Origin: Bacteroidota bacterium
GTDB taxonomy: Bacteria; Bacteroidota; Bacteroidia; Chitinophagales; JADIYW01
DNA length: 62,431 bases
Reading direction: 5' to 3'
Assembly (NCBI GenBank): GCA_039797705.1
Contig: JBDKHK010000035.1
Location: forward strand, 1-62,431
The notes under the pieces are model-generated. The model did no database searches. It saw only the letters and a program-made list of their open reading frames with translations, and had not been told where the DNA came from. The position numbers and the translations under genes were made by a program. Position 1 is the first letter of the stretch. Each line of letters starts with the position of its first letter. Positions 1 to 7,541 of this stretch are shown here, piece after piece.

Positions 1-49
1 ATAACACAGCACAACTAAAATTTGTATTTTTGCTCCTAAATAATTAGAT

Positions 50-1117
50 ATGAAAAAATTGATTTTTACATTAATATGCGTATTATCCATATACCATATA
101 ACATTTGCTCAAGTAGAAAAACAAATAAAGGGAGAAGCTTTGTCCGCAGATGAAAAGAAAAAAATGGAAGACAGTCTCCAAGGTTGGAAATTTGGAGGCA
201 CAGGAAGCATTACATTTAATCAGGCTGGATTCAAAAATTGGGCAGCCGGTGGAACAAATGCCATTTCGTTCCTTTTTAATTTAAGAGCATACGCAGATTA
301 TAAAAAAGGAAAACACCTTTGGCAAAACTGGGTAGCCGCTGAATACGGAATCCAAATCTCTAAGGAAACCACGCCAAAAGTTGCTAAAAATGCAGACAGA
401 TGGGAGCTATTCAGTAAATATGGTTATAAGATTTATAAACCCTTATACATGGCTGCCTATGTTGATTTAAAATCTCAATTTAGTAAATCTTTCATTCAGA
501 GTGCTACTACCTCAAAGTTTGATTCCGTCATAGCAAAAGGCGGTTCTCCTATGTCTTTCGAAGCAGCCATAGGTTTGGATTATGCACCTAATAATAAATT
601 CTCTTTATTCTATTCTCCTTTAGCAGCAAAAATAGTATATGTTGGAGATAAAGCAATTGCCCAAACTGGTTTTTACGGAAACCCGATTACACCATTTTCC
701 CATCTCAAAAGAGAATTCGGTTCTGTATTAATAGCCCAATACAAGCAAACCTTCTGGAAACAAAACATCAGTATTTCTTCTGTTTTAAAAATATATAAAA
801 ATTATTTACGTGGAAATACACTTAGCTTAGACAGCTTAAATACACCAAGAGAATTAAGCGTTTCTGTTCGAGAATCTGCTCAACACTATAGAAGAAATTT
901 TGATATTGACTGGCAAACTACTATTGGTTTAAAAGTAAATAAATTTTTATCTGCGAATGTCTTTTGGCAAGTATTATATGACAATGATATGCCTATTAAA
1001 GATAGAAAATCTGGCGTTTATGGATATAAAGCACAATTTAGAGATATTATAGGAATAGGTTTGTCTTACAATCCAAACTTTTATAAAGAAAAAGGACACA
1101 AAGCAAAAAAAATATAA
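50..1117 (+). CDS. Secreted outer-membrane beta-barrel protein (DUF3078-like)
   Basis: 355-aa ORF with an N-terminal signal peptide (MKKLIFTLICVLSIYHITFAQ). Aromatic/Gly-rich alternating strand pattern, with a barrel-type end (...GLSYNPNF) plus a short Lys tail. A hairpin terminator follows. The family name is from recall only. Confidence 0.5.
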   Translation: MKKLIFTLICVLSIYHITFAQVEKQIKGEALSADEKKKMEDSLQGWKFGGTGSITFNQAGFKNWAAGGTNAISFLFNLRAYADYKKGKHLWQNWVAAEYGIQISKETTPKVAKNADRWELFSKYGYKIYKPLYMAAYVDLKSQFSKSFIQSATTSKFDSVIAKGGSPMSFEAAIGLDYAPNNKFSLFYSPLAAKIVYVGDKAIAQTGFYGNPITPFSHLKREFGSVLIAQYKQTFWKQNISISSVLKIYKNYLRGNTLSLDSLNTPRELSVSVRESAQHYRRNFDIDWQTTIGLKVNKFLSANVFWQVLYDNDMPIKDRKSGVYGYKAQFRDIIGIGLSYNPNFYKEKGHKAKKI

Positions 1118-1145
1118 CTAAATACTTCACTTATATAAATTAAAT

Positions 1146-1180
1146 AAACCGCAGCAATGTCTGCGGTTTATTTATTATTA
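1146..1180 (+). terminator. Rho-independent terminator
   Basis: Perfect 9-bp stem, aaaccgcag (1146-1154) with ctgcggttt (1161-1169), and a 6-nt loop. A T-rich tail follows. It lies 29 nt after the stop of the upstream ORF. Confidence 0.7.
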
Positions 1181-1264
1181 TTTTAGCCATTTTACAACTC
1201 TAAATAATTCTAAACGACTAACATTTTTTAACAATATAACAAAAGCCTATGAATGAAAGCATAG

Positions 1265-1272
1265 TACATTTG
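1265..1272 (+). promoter_or_regulatory. Bacteroidota-type -7 promoter box (TAnnTTTG)
   Basis: TACATTTG lies 24 nt upstream of the moxR ATG. The same motif class recurs upstream of many genes in this window. Confidence 0.35.
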
Positions 1273-1295
1273 CAATCAACTTCTAAATCTATAAA

Positions 1296-2288
1296 ATGGA
1301 ATCCATAGATATAAAAACATTAAACGAAAAAATACAACAAGACAGCGCTTTTTTGGAGTTGCTAAACATGGAAATTTCCAAATCTATCGTTGGACAAAAA
1401 TACATGGTGGAAAGATTGATGATTGCTTTATTAGCACAAGGGCATATTTTATTAGAAGGTGTTCCGGGTTTAGCGAAAACTTTAGCCATTAAATCTTTAT
1501 CAGATGCGATAGATACTAAATTCTCTCGCATTCAATTTACGCCGGATTTACTGCCGGCAGATATTTTAGGCACCATGATTTACAATCAAGCAAAAGGAAA
1601 TTTTGAAGTAAAAAAAGGACCTATCTTTTCTAATTTCGTTTTGGCAGATGAAATAAACCGTGCACCGGCAAAAGTACAAAGTGCTTTATTGCAAGCCATG
1701 CAAGAAAGAACCATTACCATAGGCGATACCTCTTTTAAATTAGAAGAACCATTTTTAGTAATGGCAACGCAAAATCCAATAGAACAAGAGGGTACTTATA
1801 ATTTGCCCGAAGCTCAGGTGGATCGTTTTATGCTCAAAGTAAAAATTGGCTATCCTGAGTTTGAAGACGAGCGACAAATCATGCGACAAAATGTAAGTGG
1901 AAAAAATCCAAACATAAATCCGGTTATTTCAGCTCAAACTATTTTACAAGCGCGCGACACCGTGCGCAAAGTGTATATGGATGAGAAAATAGAAAAATAT
2001 ATTCTCGATATTGTTTTTGCCACCCGTGAGCCTTCTAATTACAAAATTGACAACCTGAAACATTTAATTAGCTATGGAGGTTCCCCGCGTGCAAGTATCA
2101 GTTTGGCGTTAGCGTCTAAAGCGTATGCATTTATCAAGCGACGTGGATATGTTATCCCCGAAGACGTTCGTGCCATTGCACAGGATGTGTTGCGCCATCG
2201 CATCGGTATTACCTACGAAGCAGAAGCAGAAAACATTACCCAAGAACATATTATTGACACTATTCTAAATCGGGTAGAAGTTCCTTAG
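1296..2288 (+). CDS. MoxR-family AAA+ ATPase (first gene of the Bat aerotolerance operon)
   Basis: Walker A GVPGLAKT and Walker B VLADEINRA. The region MATQNPIEQEGTYNLPEAQVDRF is typical of MoxR/AAA_3. DUF58 and vWA genes follow. Confidence 0.9.
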   Translation: MESIDIKTLNEKIQQDSAFLELLNMEISKSIVGQKYMVERLMIALLAQGHILLEGVPGLAKTLAIKSLSDAIDTKFSRIQFTPDLLPADILGTMIYNQAKGNFEVKKGPIFSNFVLADEINRAPAKVQSALLQAMQERTITIGDTSFKLEEPFLVMATQNPIEQEGTYNLPEAQVDRFMLKVKIGYPEFEDERQIMRQNVSGKNPNINPVISAQTILQARDTVRKVYMDEKIEKYILDIVFATREPSNYKIDNLKHLISYGGSPRASISLALASKAYAFIKRRGYVIPEDVRAIAQDVLRHRIGITYEAEAENITQEHIIDTILNRVEVP

Positions 2289-2311
2289 GGTGAAAGTGAG
2301 GCTGAAAGTGA
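2289..2311. repeat. Left arm of the inverted repeat flanking the four-helix-bundle gene
   Basis: ggtgaaagtgaggctgaaagtga is the reverse complement of 2717-2739 at 22/23 positions. It is built from a roughly 12-nt unit, GTGAAAGTGAGG, repeated twice. It starts 1 nt after the moxR stop codon. Confidence 0.85.
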
Positions 2312-2312
2312 A

Positions 2313-2708
2313 TTGGGTTTTAAAATTTTTAAAGAATTAATAGAAAAAATGTTAGACGATTTTTCTGCATATATAAAATCAAATGAAATTTGGGATTTAA
2401 CATGGGAGGATACTAAAATTCTTCAAAATGATTTTAGAGGTAAAGAAATAGCTAAACAACTAATTCGTTCAGTAGGCTCCGTTTCTGCCAATATAGAAGA
2501 AAGATATGGTAGAGGATCTAAAAATGAATATCCTCATTTTTTAAGAATAGCACGTGGATCTGCTACAGAATCAAAAGGATGGTACAAAAAATCGAATCAA
2601 ATATTAGATAAGGATACTGTTGAAGTGCGAATTAATTTATTAAATGAAATAATTGAAATTTTGACAAAAACAATCTCAACACTTATAGCAAATTCAAAAC
2701 AAAAATAA
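2313..2708 (+). CDS. Four-helix-bundle protein (23S rRNA intervening-sequence protein / Avd-like family)
   Basis: The motif ...QLIRSVGSVSANIEERYGRGSKNEYPHFLRIARGSATES... matches the family pattern xSxxANIAEGxGRxSxKExxxFLxIAxGSxxE. Size is about 120-131 aa. The start is ambiguous (TTG at 2313 or ATG at 2349). Confidence 0.8.
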   Translation: MGFKIFKELIEKMLDDFSAYIKSNEIWDLTWEDTKILQNDFRGKEIAKQLIRSVGSVSANIEERYGRGSKNEYPHFLRIARGSATESKGWYKKSNQILDKDTVEVRINLLNEIIEILTKTISTLIANSKQK

Positions 2709-2716
2709 ATAATACA

Positions 2717-2747
2717 TCACTTTCACCCTCACTTTCACCTTCACTTT
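2717..2747. repeat. Right arm of the inverted repeat (plus one extra repeat unit)
   Basis: The sequence is tcactttcaccctcactttcaccttcacttt. Positions 2717-2739 pair with 2289-2311 at 22/23. The region ends 6 nt before the DUF58 ATG. Confidence 0.85.
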
Positions 2748-2753
2748 ATAACA

Positions 2754-3620
2754 ATGGAAGTATCAGAATTACTCAAAAAAGTACGGAAAATAGAAATCAA
2801 GACAAAGGGCTTGACAAATCATATTTTTTCCGGTGAGTATCATTCTGCGTTCAAAGGTCGAGGAATGTCTTTTTCTGAAGTTCGGGAATATCAATACGGC
2901 GATGATATACGCAATATCGATTGGAATGTTACCGCTCGTTTTGGTCATCCGTATGTGAAAATATTTGAAGAAGAACGAGAACTAACCATCATGCTTTTAA
3001 TTGATGTGAGTAAATCTTCTTTTATAGGAACACAAAATCAATTGAAGAATGAAACAATTGCTGAAATAGCTGGCGTATTGGCATTTTCAGCGATACAAAA
3101 CAATGATAAAGTAGGCGTATTGTTTTTCAGCGATAGCGTCGAAATGTTCATTCCTCCAAAAAAAGGCAAATCACATATTCTTCGCATCATTAGAGAGATA
3201 TTGAATTTTAATCCAAAGAGTAATAAAACCAATATTTCCGTTGCTTTAGAGAACTTTAGCAATATGGTAAAAAGAAAGAGTATTGCATTTGTTTTATCCG
3301 ATTTTATAGATGAAAATTATGCAGATGAATTGCGACATATTGCAAAAAAACACGATGTAATTGGAGTAAAAGTATATGACCAATTAGATATGGAACTTCC
3401 GAATATTGGATTACTGCAAGTTTGCGATGTAGAATCAGGAGATGCAAAATGGATAGACACAGCAGATAAACAAACACAAGCAACTTATAAAGAACGAGCA
3501 AATTTTTATGATAAAAATTTTGATCAAAGCTTTATGAAAGCCGGTGCAGATAAGTTGAAAATAAAAACAGAACAATCTTATGTTCATATATTGATGAATT
3601 TCTTTAAAAAACGCGCATAG
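2754..3620 (+). CDS. DUF58 domain protein (vWA-like; Bat operon)
   Basis: YQYGDDIRNIDWNVTAR signature of DUF58. It holds the position after MoxR, as in known MoxR-DUF58-vWA operons. Confidence 0.85.
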   Translation: MEVSELLKKVRKIEIKTKGLTNHIFSGEYHSAFKGRGMSFSEVREYQYGDDIRNIDWNVTARFGHPYVKIFEEERELTIMLLIDVSKSSFIGTQNQLKNETIAEIAGVLAFSAIQNNDKVGVLFFSDSVEMFIPPKKGKSHILRIIREILNFNPKSNKTNISVALENFSNMVKRKSIAFVLSDFIDENYADELRHIAKKHDVIGVKVYDQLDMELPNIGLLQVCDVESGDAKWIDTADKQTQATYKERANFYDKNFDQSFMKAGADKLKIKTEQSYVHILMNFFKKRA

Positions 3621-3632
3621 CGAAATTTGATA

Positions 3633-4619
3633 ATGAATCGTAACAAAGGAAATATTTTTTTATTGTTGAAATGCAAAAGCATTTTCAAATTCATTGTATT
3701 AATACTTACTTCCCAATACTTATTACTCAATACTGCTTTTGCTCAAACAGCCACCGCATCTACCAAACAAAAAGAATATGTAATTGGAGATTGGATACCG
3801 GTAGATTTATTTGTTTCCGGTGCCGTAAATAATAAAATTGTTTTTCCATCTTTAAAAGATTCTATTTCTGAAACCATAGAAGTAGCCAATTATACACCTA
3901 TTGATACTGTAAAAAAAGCAGGACAATATGAATACCATCAATTGGTCAATTTAATTGTATTTGATACTGGTCAAATTCAATTACCGCAATTTCAGTTTTT
4001 AGCAGATAACAACGGCAAGTTAGATACTTTCCTTACTGACCCAATAACTATTCGTGTAGCCGGCGTAAAAATTGACACCACAAAAGATATTAAAGACATT
4101 AAACAACCTTTAAAAATCCCTTACACCTTTCAGGAAATTTTACCTTATCTGATGGGTGTTTTATTGGCAATATTAATCATAGGATTAATTATTTGGATTA
4201 TAAAAAATAGAAAAAAGAAAGTTACGCCAATAGATGAAAAATATTTATTACCTCCGCATGTATGGGCGTTTAAAGAATTGGAAAAATTACATCAAGAAAA
4301 ATTATGGCAAACAGGAGATGTGAAAATATATTATTCACGCTTAACGGATATTGCCAGAAGTTATATTGAGCTTCGATATAAAATTCCGGCAATGGAACAA
4401 ACCACCGACGAGCTAATGTCGGCAATGCACAAAGGAGTGATGAAGCAATCCTTAAAGAAAGAGTTAAATGATGTTTTAGTATTGAGTGATTTTGTAAAAT
4501 TTGCCAAAGCTCAACCCGATTTTATGGAAAATGAAAACTCCTATAAAATCATTCATGATTTCATTGATAAAACAAAACAATTAGAAGAAGAGAAAAAAAC
4601 AGATAAAAAGAGTAGTTAA
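3633..4619 (+). CDS. Bat-operon membrane protein (BatD-like N-terminal domain, central TM helix, cytoplasmic helical tail)
   Basis: Signal/anchor sequence and a single strong TM helix (LPYLMGVLLAILIIGLIIWII followed by KNRKKK). It sits between DUF58 and batA. The ATG at 3633 is preferred over the TTG at 3627. Confidence 0.6.
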   Translation: MNRNKGNIFLLLKCKSIFKFIVLILTSQYLLLNTAFAQTATASTKQKEYVIGDWIPVDLFVSGAVNNKIVFPSLKDSISETIEVANYTPIDTVKKAGQYEYHQLVNLIVFDTGQIQLPQFQFLADNNGKLDTFLTDPITIRVAGVKIDTTKDIKDIKQPLKIPYTFQEILPYLMGVLLAILIIGLIIWIIKNRKKKVTPIDEKYLLPPHVWAFKELEKLHQEKLWQTGDVKIYYSRLTDIARSYIELRYKIPAMEQTTDELMSAMHKGVMKQSLKKELNDVLVLSDFVKFAKAQPDFMENENSYKIIHDFIDKTKQLEEEKKTDKKSS

Positions 4620-4679
4620 AATTATTTGTTAATAGTTGAATCCAATAACTAATAACTGATAAACAATAAATAATAACCA

Positions 4680-5687
4680 ATGGCTAAATTTCTACCATAC
4701 ACATTTGCGCATCCACCATACTTTTGGCTATTGCTGGCAGTGCCTTTGTTAGTGTATTGGTTTTATTACAAACGAACTTCTTATTATCCTACTTTCAACC
4801 TACCGCAACATGGGGGCGTTTTAACTCAGCAAGCAGGATTAAAAGTAAAATTATTGGCATTGCTTCCCTTGTTGAAAATTTTGGCTTTCGTTTTTATCGT
4901 TATAGCACTTGCCCGCCCACAAAGTGCGCTGTCTGAAAAAGAAATTTCTACACAAGGAATAGATATTGTTTTGTCATTAGATATTTCAGGCTCCATGCTC
5001 GCAAAAGATTTTGAACCCGACAGATTGGAAGCAGCAAAAAAAGTAGCCATGAATTTTATCAAAGAAAGACCAAATGACAGAATAGGCTTAGTAATTTTTT
5101 CGGGTGAAAGCTTTACGCAATGCCCAATTACGATAGACCATCAAGTGTTGTTGAATTTATTTAAAGACATCCACAGTGGAATGGTAGAAGACGGCACAGC
5201 TATCGGAATGGGATTGGCAACAGCCGTTGCCCGATTGAAAGAAAGTAAATCAAAAACTAAAGTCATTATTTTAATGACGGATGGCGTAAACAATACCGGA
5301 TATATTGACCCACATACAGCAATACAAATTGCTAAATCTTATGGAATACGTGTTTATACTATTGGAATTGGAAAAAATGGAATGGCACCGTATCCTGTAA
5401 CCGACCAAAACGGAAAGACTTTTTATCAAAATTTTCCAGTTCAAATAGACGAAGCATTGCTAAAAACCATTGCGAAAGAAACCGGCGGAAGTTATTACAG
5501 AGCAACCGGTAATTCCTCTTTAAAATCTATTTATAACACCATAGATAAATTAGAAAAAACAAAAATAAAAATCAATAACTATCATAGAAAAAGCGAACAC
5601 TTTCATGTATTTGCTTTTTTAGCAATGTTGTGTTTATTAACAGAATTTATTTTATCTAAAACATATTTAAAAACGATACTCAACTAA
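4680..5687 (+). CDS. batA: vWA-domain aerotolerance protein BatA
   Basis: N-terminal TM helices, vWA MIDAS motif DISGSM...MTDG, and a C-terminal TM helix. Its stop overlaps the batB ATG (TAATG). Confidence 0.85.
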   Translation: MAKFLPYTFAHPPYFWLLLAVPLLVYWFYYKRTSYYPTFNLPQHGGVLTQQAGLKVKLLALLPLLKILAFVFIVIALARPQSALSEKEISTQGIDIVLSLDISGSMLAKDFEPDRLEAAKKVAMNFIKERPNDRIGLVIFSGESFTQCPITIDHQVLLNLFKDIHSGMVEDGTAIGMGLATAVARLKESKSKTKVIILMTDGVNNTGYIDPHTAIQIAKSYGIRVYTIGIGKNGMAPYPVTDQNGKTFYQNFPVQIDEALLKTIAKETGGSYYRATGNSSLKSIYNTIDKLEKTKIKINNYHRKSEHFHVFAFLAMLCLLTEFILSKTYLKTILN

Positions 5688-6712
5688 TGCTACATTTTGA
5701 ACATAAGGAATATTTCTTTCTATTGTTATTGATACCTATCATAACAGGGTTATATTTCTATATTCAATTTCAAACACGCAAGCAATTAAATAAAATTGGC
5801 AATTTAGAATTAATTCGCCGATTAATGCCAGAAAGAAATGACCAAAAAAGTTTTGTAAAATTAATTGCATTAAATCTCATTTTATTCTTTTTGACAATTG
5901 CGTTAGCACAGCCACAAATGGGCACTAAAATGGAAAAAGTGCAACGCAAAGGAATTGACGTGGTAATTGCTTTAGATGTTTCGCGAAGCATGTTGTCGCA
6001 AGATGTTGCACCCTCTCGCTTAGAAAAATCTAAATTATTAATTCAAACTTTATTAAAAAAATTAGATGGCGACAGAATTGGTTTAGTCATTTTTGCAGGA
6101 AATGCCTACTTACAAATGCCACTAACGGTTGATTATTCTTCTTTGTTGTTGTATTTGCGTTCCATCACCACCAATTCTGTCCCTACGCAAGGAACCATTA
6201 TTTCAGATGCATTGGAAAAAGCAGAAGGAGCTTTTAAAGCAGCCGACAAAAAACATAAAGCCATTATCGTAATTACAGATGGAGAAGACCATGAAGAGAA
6301 CGCCATTGACAAAGCAGAATCCATTGCGTCTGACGGAACAAAAATATTTACAGTGGGCGTAGGAACGCCTAATGGCGGCACTATTCCGATATATGATGCC
6401 AATGGCCGTATTGCAGGAGAAAAGAAAGATGAAAAGGGGGAGGTGATTGTTTCTAAAATGAATCCCAATATGCTGCAAGCTTTGGCAAAAGGAGGCAATG
6501 GAAATTATTATTTATTAGACAACACGAAACAGGTAGCTGATTTTTTATCTAAAGACATTGGAAAAATTGAAACTAAAACGATTAACGATAAAGTATTTAC
6601 AGATTTTGTAGAACAATTTCAATATTTTTTAGCAGCTGCATTGTTGTTGTTATTACTCGATTTATTTGTAACTTACAGAAAACAATGGATGGATTTTAAA
6701 AATGAAAAATAA
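5687..6712 (+). CDS. batB: vWA-domain aerotolerance protein BatB
   Basis: Two N-terminal TM helices, MIDAS motif DVSRSM...ITDGED, and a C-terminal TM helix. It overlaps batC by 11 nt. Confidence 0.85.
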   Translation: MLHFEHKEYFFLLLLIPIITGLYFYIQFQTRKQLNKIGNLELIRRLMPERNDQKSFVKLIALNLILFFLTIALAQPQMGTKMEKVQRKGIDVVIALDVSRSMLSQDVAPSRLEKSKLLIQTLLKKLDGDRIGLVIFAGNAYLQMPLTVDYSSLLLYLRSITTNSVPTQGTIISDALEKAEGAFKAADKKHKAIIVITDGEDHEENAIDKAESIASDGTKIFTVGVGTPNGGTIPIYDANGRIAGEKKDEKGEVIVSKMNPNMLQALAKGGNGNYYLLDNTKQVADFLSKDIGKIETKTINDKVFTDFVEQFQYFLAAALLLLLLDLFVTYRKQWMDFKNEK

Positions 6713-7520
6713 GATACAACATATAAAACAATGGATGCAAAAAAACAAGAAAATTGTTTTTGTCTTATTTATATTGAAATTTTTAGTCCAGATTTCTATT
6801 CTTGGAATTGTAATGTTGACAACTGCAAAATGTAGTGCGCAAAGCACAAATAGCCTTTTGCGAGAGGGAAACAAAAATTATAATAAAGAAAAATACAACA
6901 ACGCTACCGAGAGTTATAGCAAAGCATTACAAAAAGCACCTCACGATGTGCGCGCCGCCTTCAACCAGGCAGATGCTTTATATAAGTTAAATGAATTGGA
7001 TAAATCCAAAGAGATGTTTGCCGCCGTTGCAAAAGCATCCACCAATACAGACATCCAATCCAAATCTTTTTATAATATTGGAAATATACATTATAAACAA
7101 GAAAAATGGGAAGAAAGCGTAAAAGCGTATAAAGAATCATTGAAACGCAATCCAAAAGATGAAGATGCCAAATATAATTTAATGATGGCAATGGACAAAA
7201 TAAAGAAGAATCAGAATAACCAAAACAAAGACGACAAGAAAGACAACAAAAAAGATAATAAGGATAACAAAGACAACAAACAACAAAATCAAAATAAACA
7301 GCAGGATAAGAATCAAGATAAACAGCAACAAAACCAACAACAGGGGCAAAACAATCAACAGCAGCAACCCAAACAAGGACAACAGCAACAGCCACAAATG
7401 AGCAAGGAAGAAGCTCAAAAACTATTAGATGCCATTGGTGCCGAAGAAAGTAAAGTACAACAAAAATTAACCAAAGAAAAAGGTCAACCGGCCAAAGGAA
7501 AAATCCAAAAAGATTGGTAA
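6702..7520 (+). CDS. batC: TPR-repeat protein BatC with a Q/N/K/D-rich low-complexity tail
   Basis: TM anchor and TPR repeats (FYNIGNIHYKQEKWEESVKAYKESLKRNPKDEDAKYNL). Operon position fits BatC. Confidence 0.7.
   Translation: MKNKIQHIKQWMQKNKKIVFVLFILKFLVQISILGIVMLTTAKCSAQSTNSLLREGNKNYNKEKYNNATESYSKALQKAPHDVRAAFNQADALYKLNELDKSKEMFAAVAKASTNTDIQSKSFYNIGNIHYKQEKWEESVKAYKESLKRNPKDEDAKYNLMMAMDKIKKNQNNQNKDDKKDNKKDNKDNKDNKQQNQNKQQDKNQDKQQQNQQQGQNNQQQQPKQGQQQQPQMSKEEAQKLLDAIGAEESKVQQKLTKEKGQPAKGKIQKDW
7203..7400 (+). repeat. Low-complexity coding repeat (AAC/AAA/CAA/GAC-rich) encoding the Q/N/K/D tract of BatC
   Basis: Encodes KKNQNNQNKDDKKDNKKDNKDNKDNKQQNQNKQQDKNQDKQQQNQQQGQNNQQQQPKQGQQQQPQ. It generates long spurious antisense ORFs. 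Confidence 0.8.
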
Positions 7521-7541
7521 TAGAAAAGTAAGATTTGATAG

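Noticed and set aside
2313-2708. The four-helix-bundle protein as the Avd component of a diversity-generating retroelement.
   Set aside because: There is no reverse transcriptase ORF and no template/variable repeat pair anywhere in the window. The only repeats are the short inverted arms flanking the gene.
2717-2747. The tandem CACTTTCACC units as a mini CRISPR or satellite array.
   Set aside because: There are only about 2.6 contiguous units with no spacers. They are better explained as one arm of the inverted repeat with 2289-2311.
1296-6712. MoxR ATPase plus vWA proteins as a novel NTPase-based conflict/defence system.
   Set aside because: Gene order and content match the conserved Bat aerotolerance operon of Bacteroidota. 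There are no effector nuclease, protease or TIR-type domains attached.
6961-7418. Long minus-strand ORFs (144 aa and 79 aa) antisense to batC.
   Set aside because: They are products of the low-complexity CAA/AAC repeat read on the opposite strand (poly-L/V/F peptides). There is no independent start context, and they overlap a well-supported gene.
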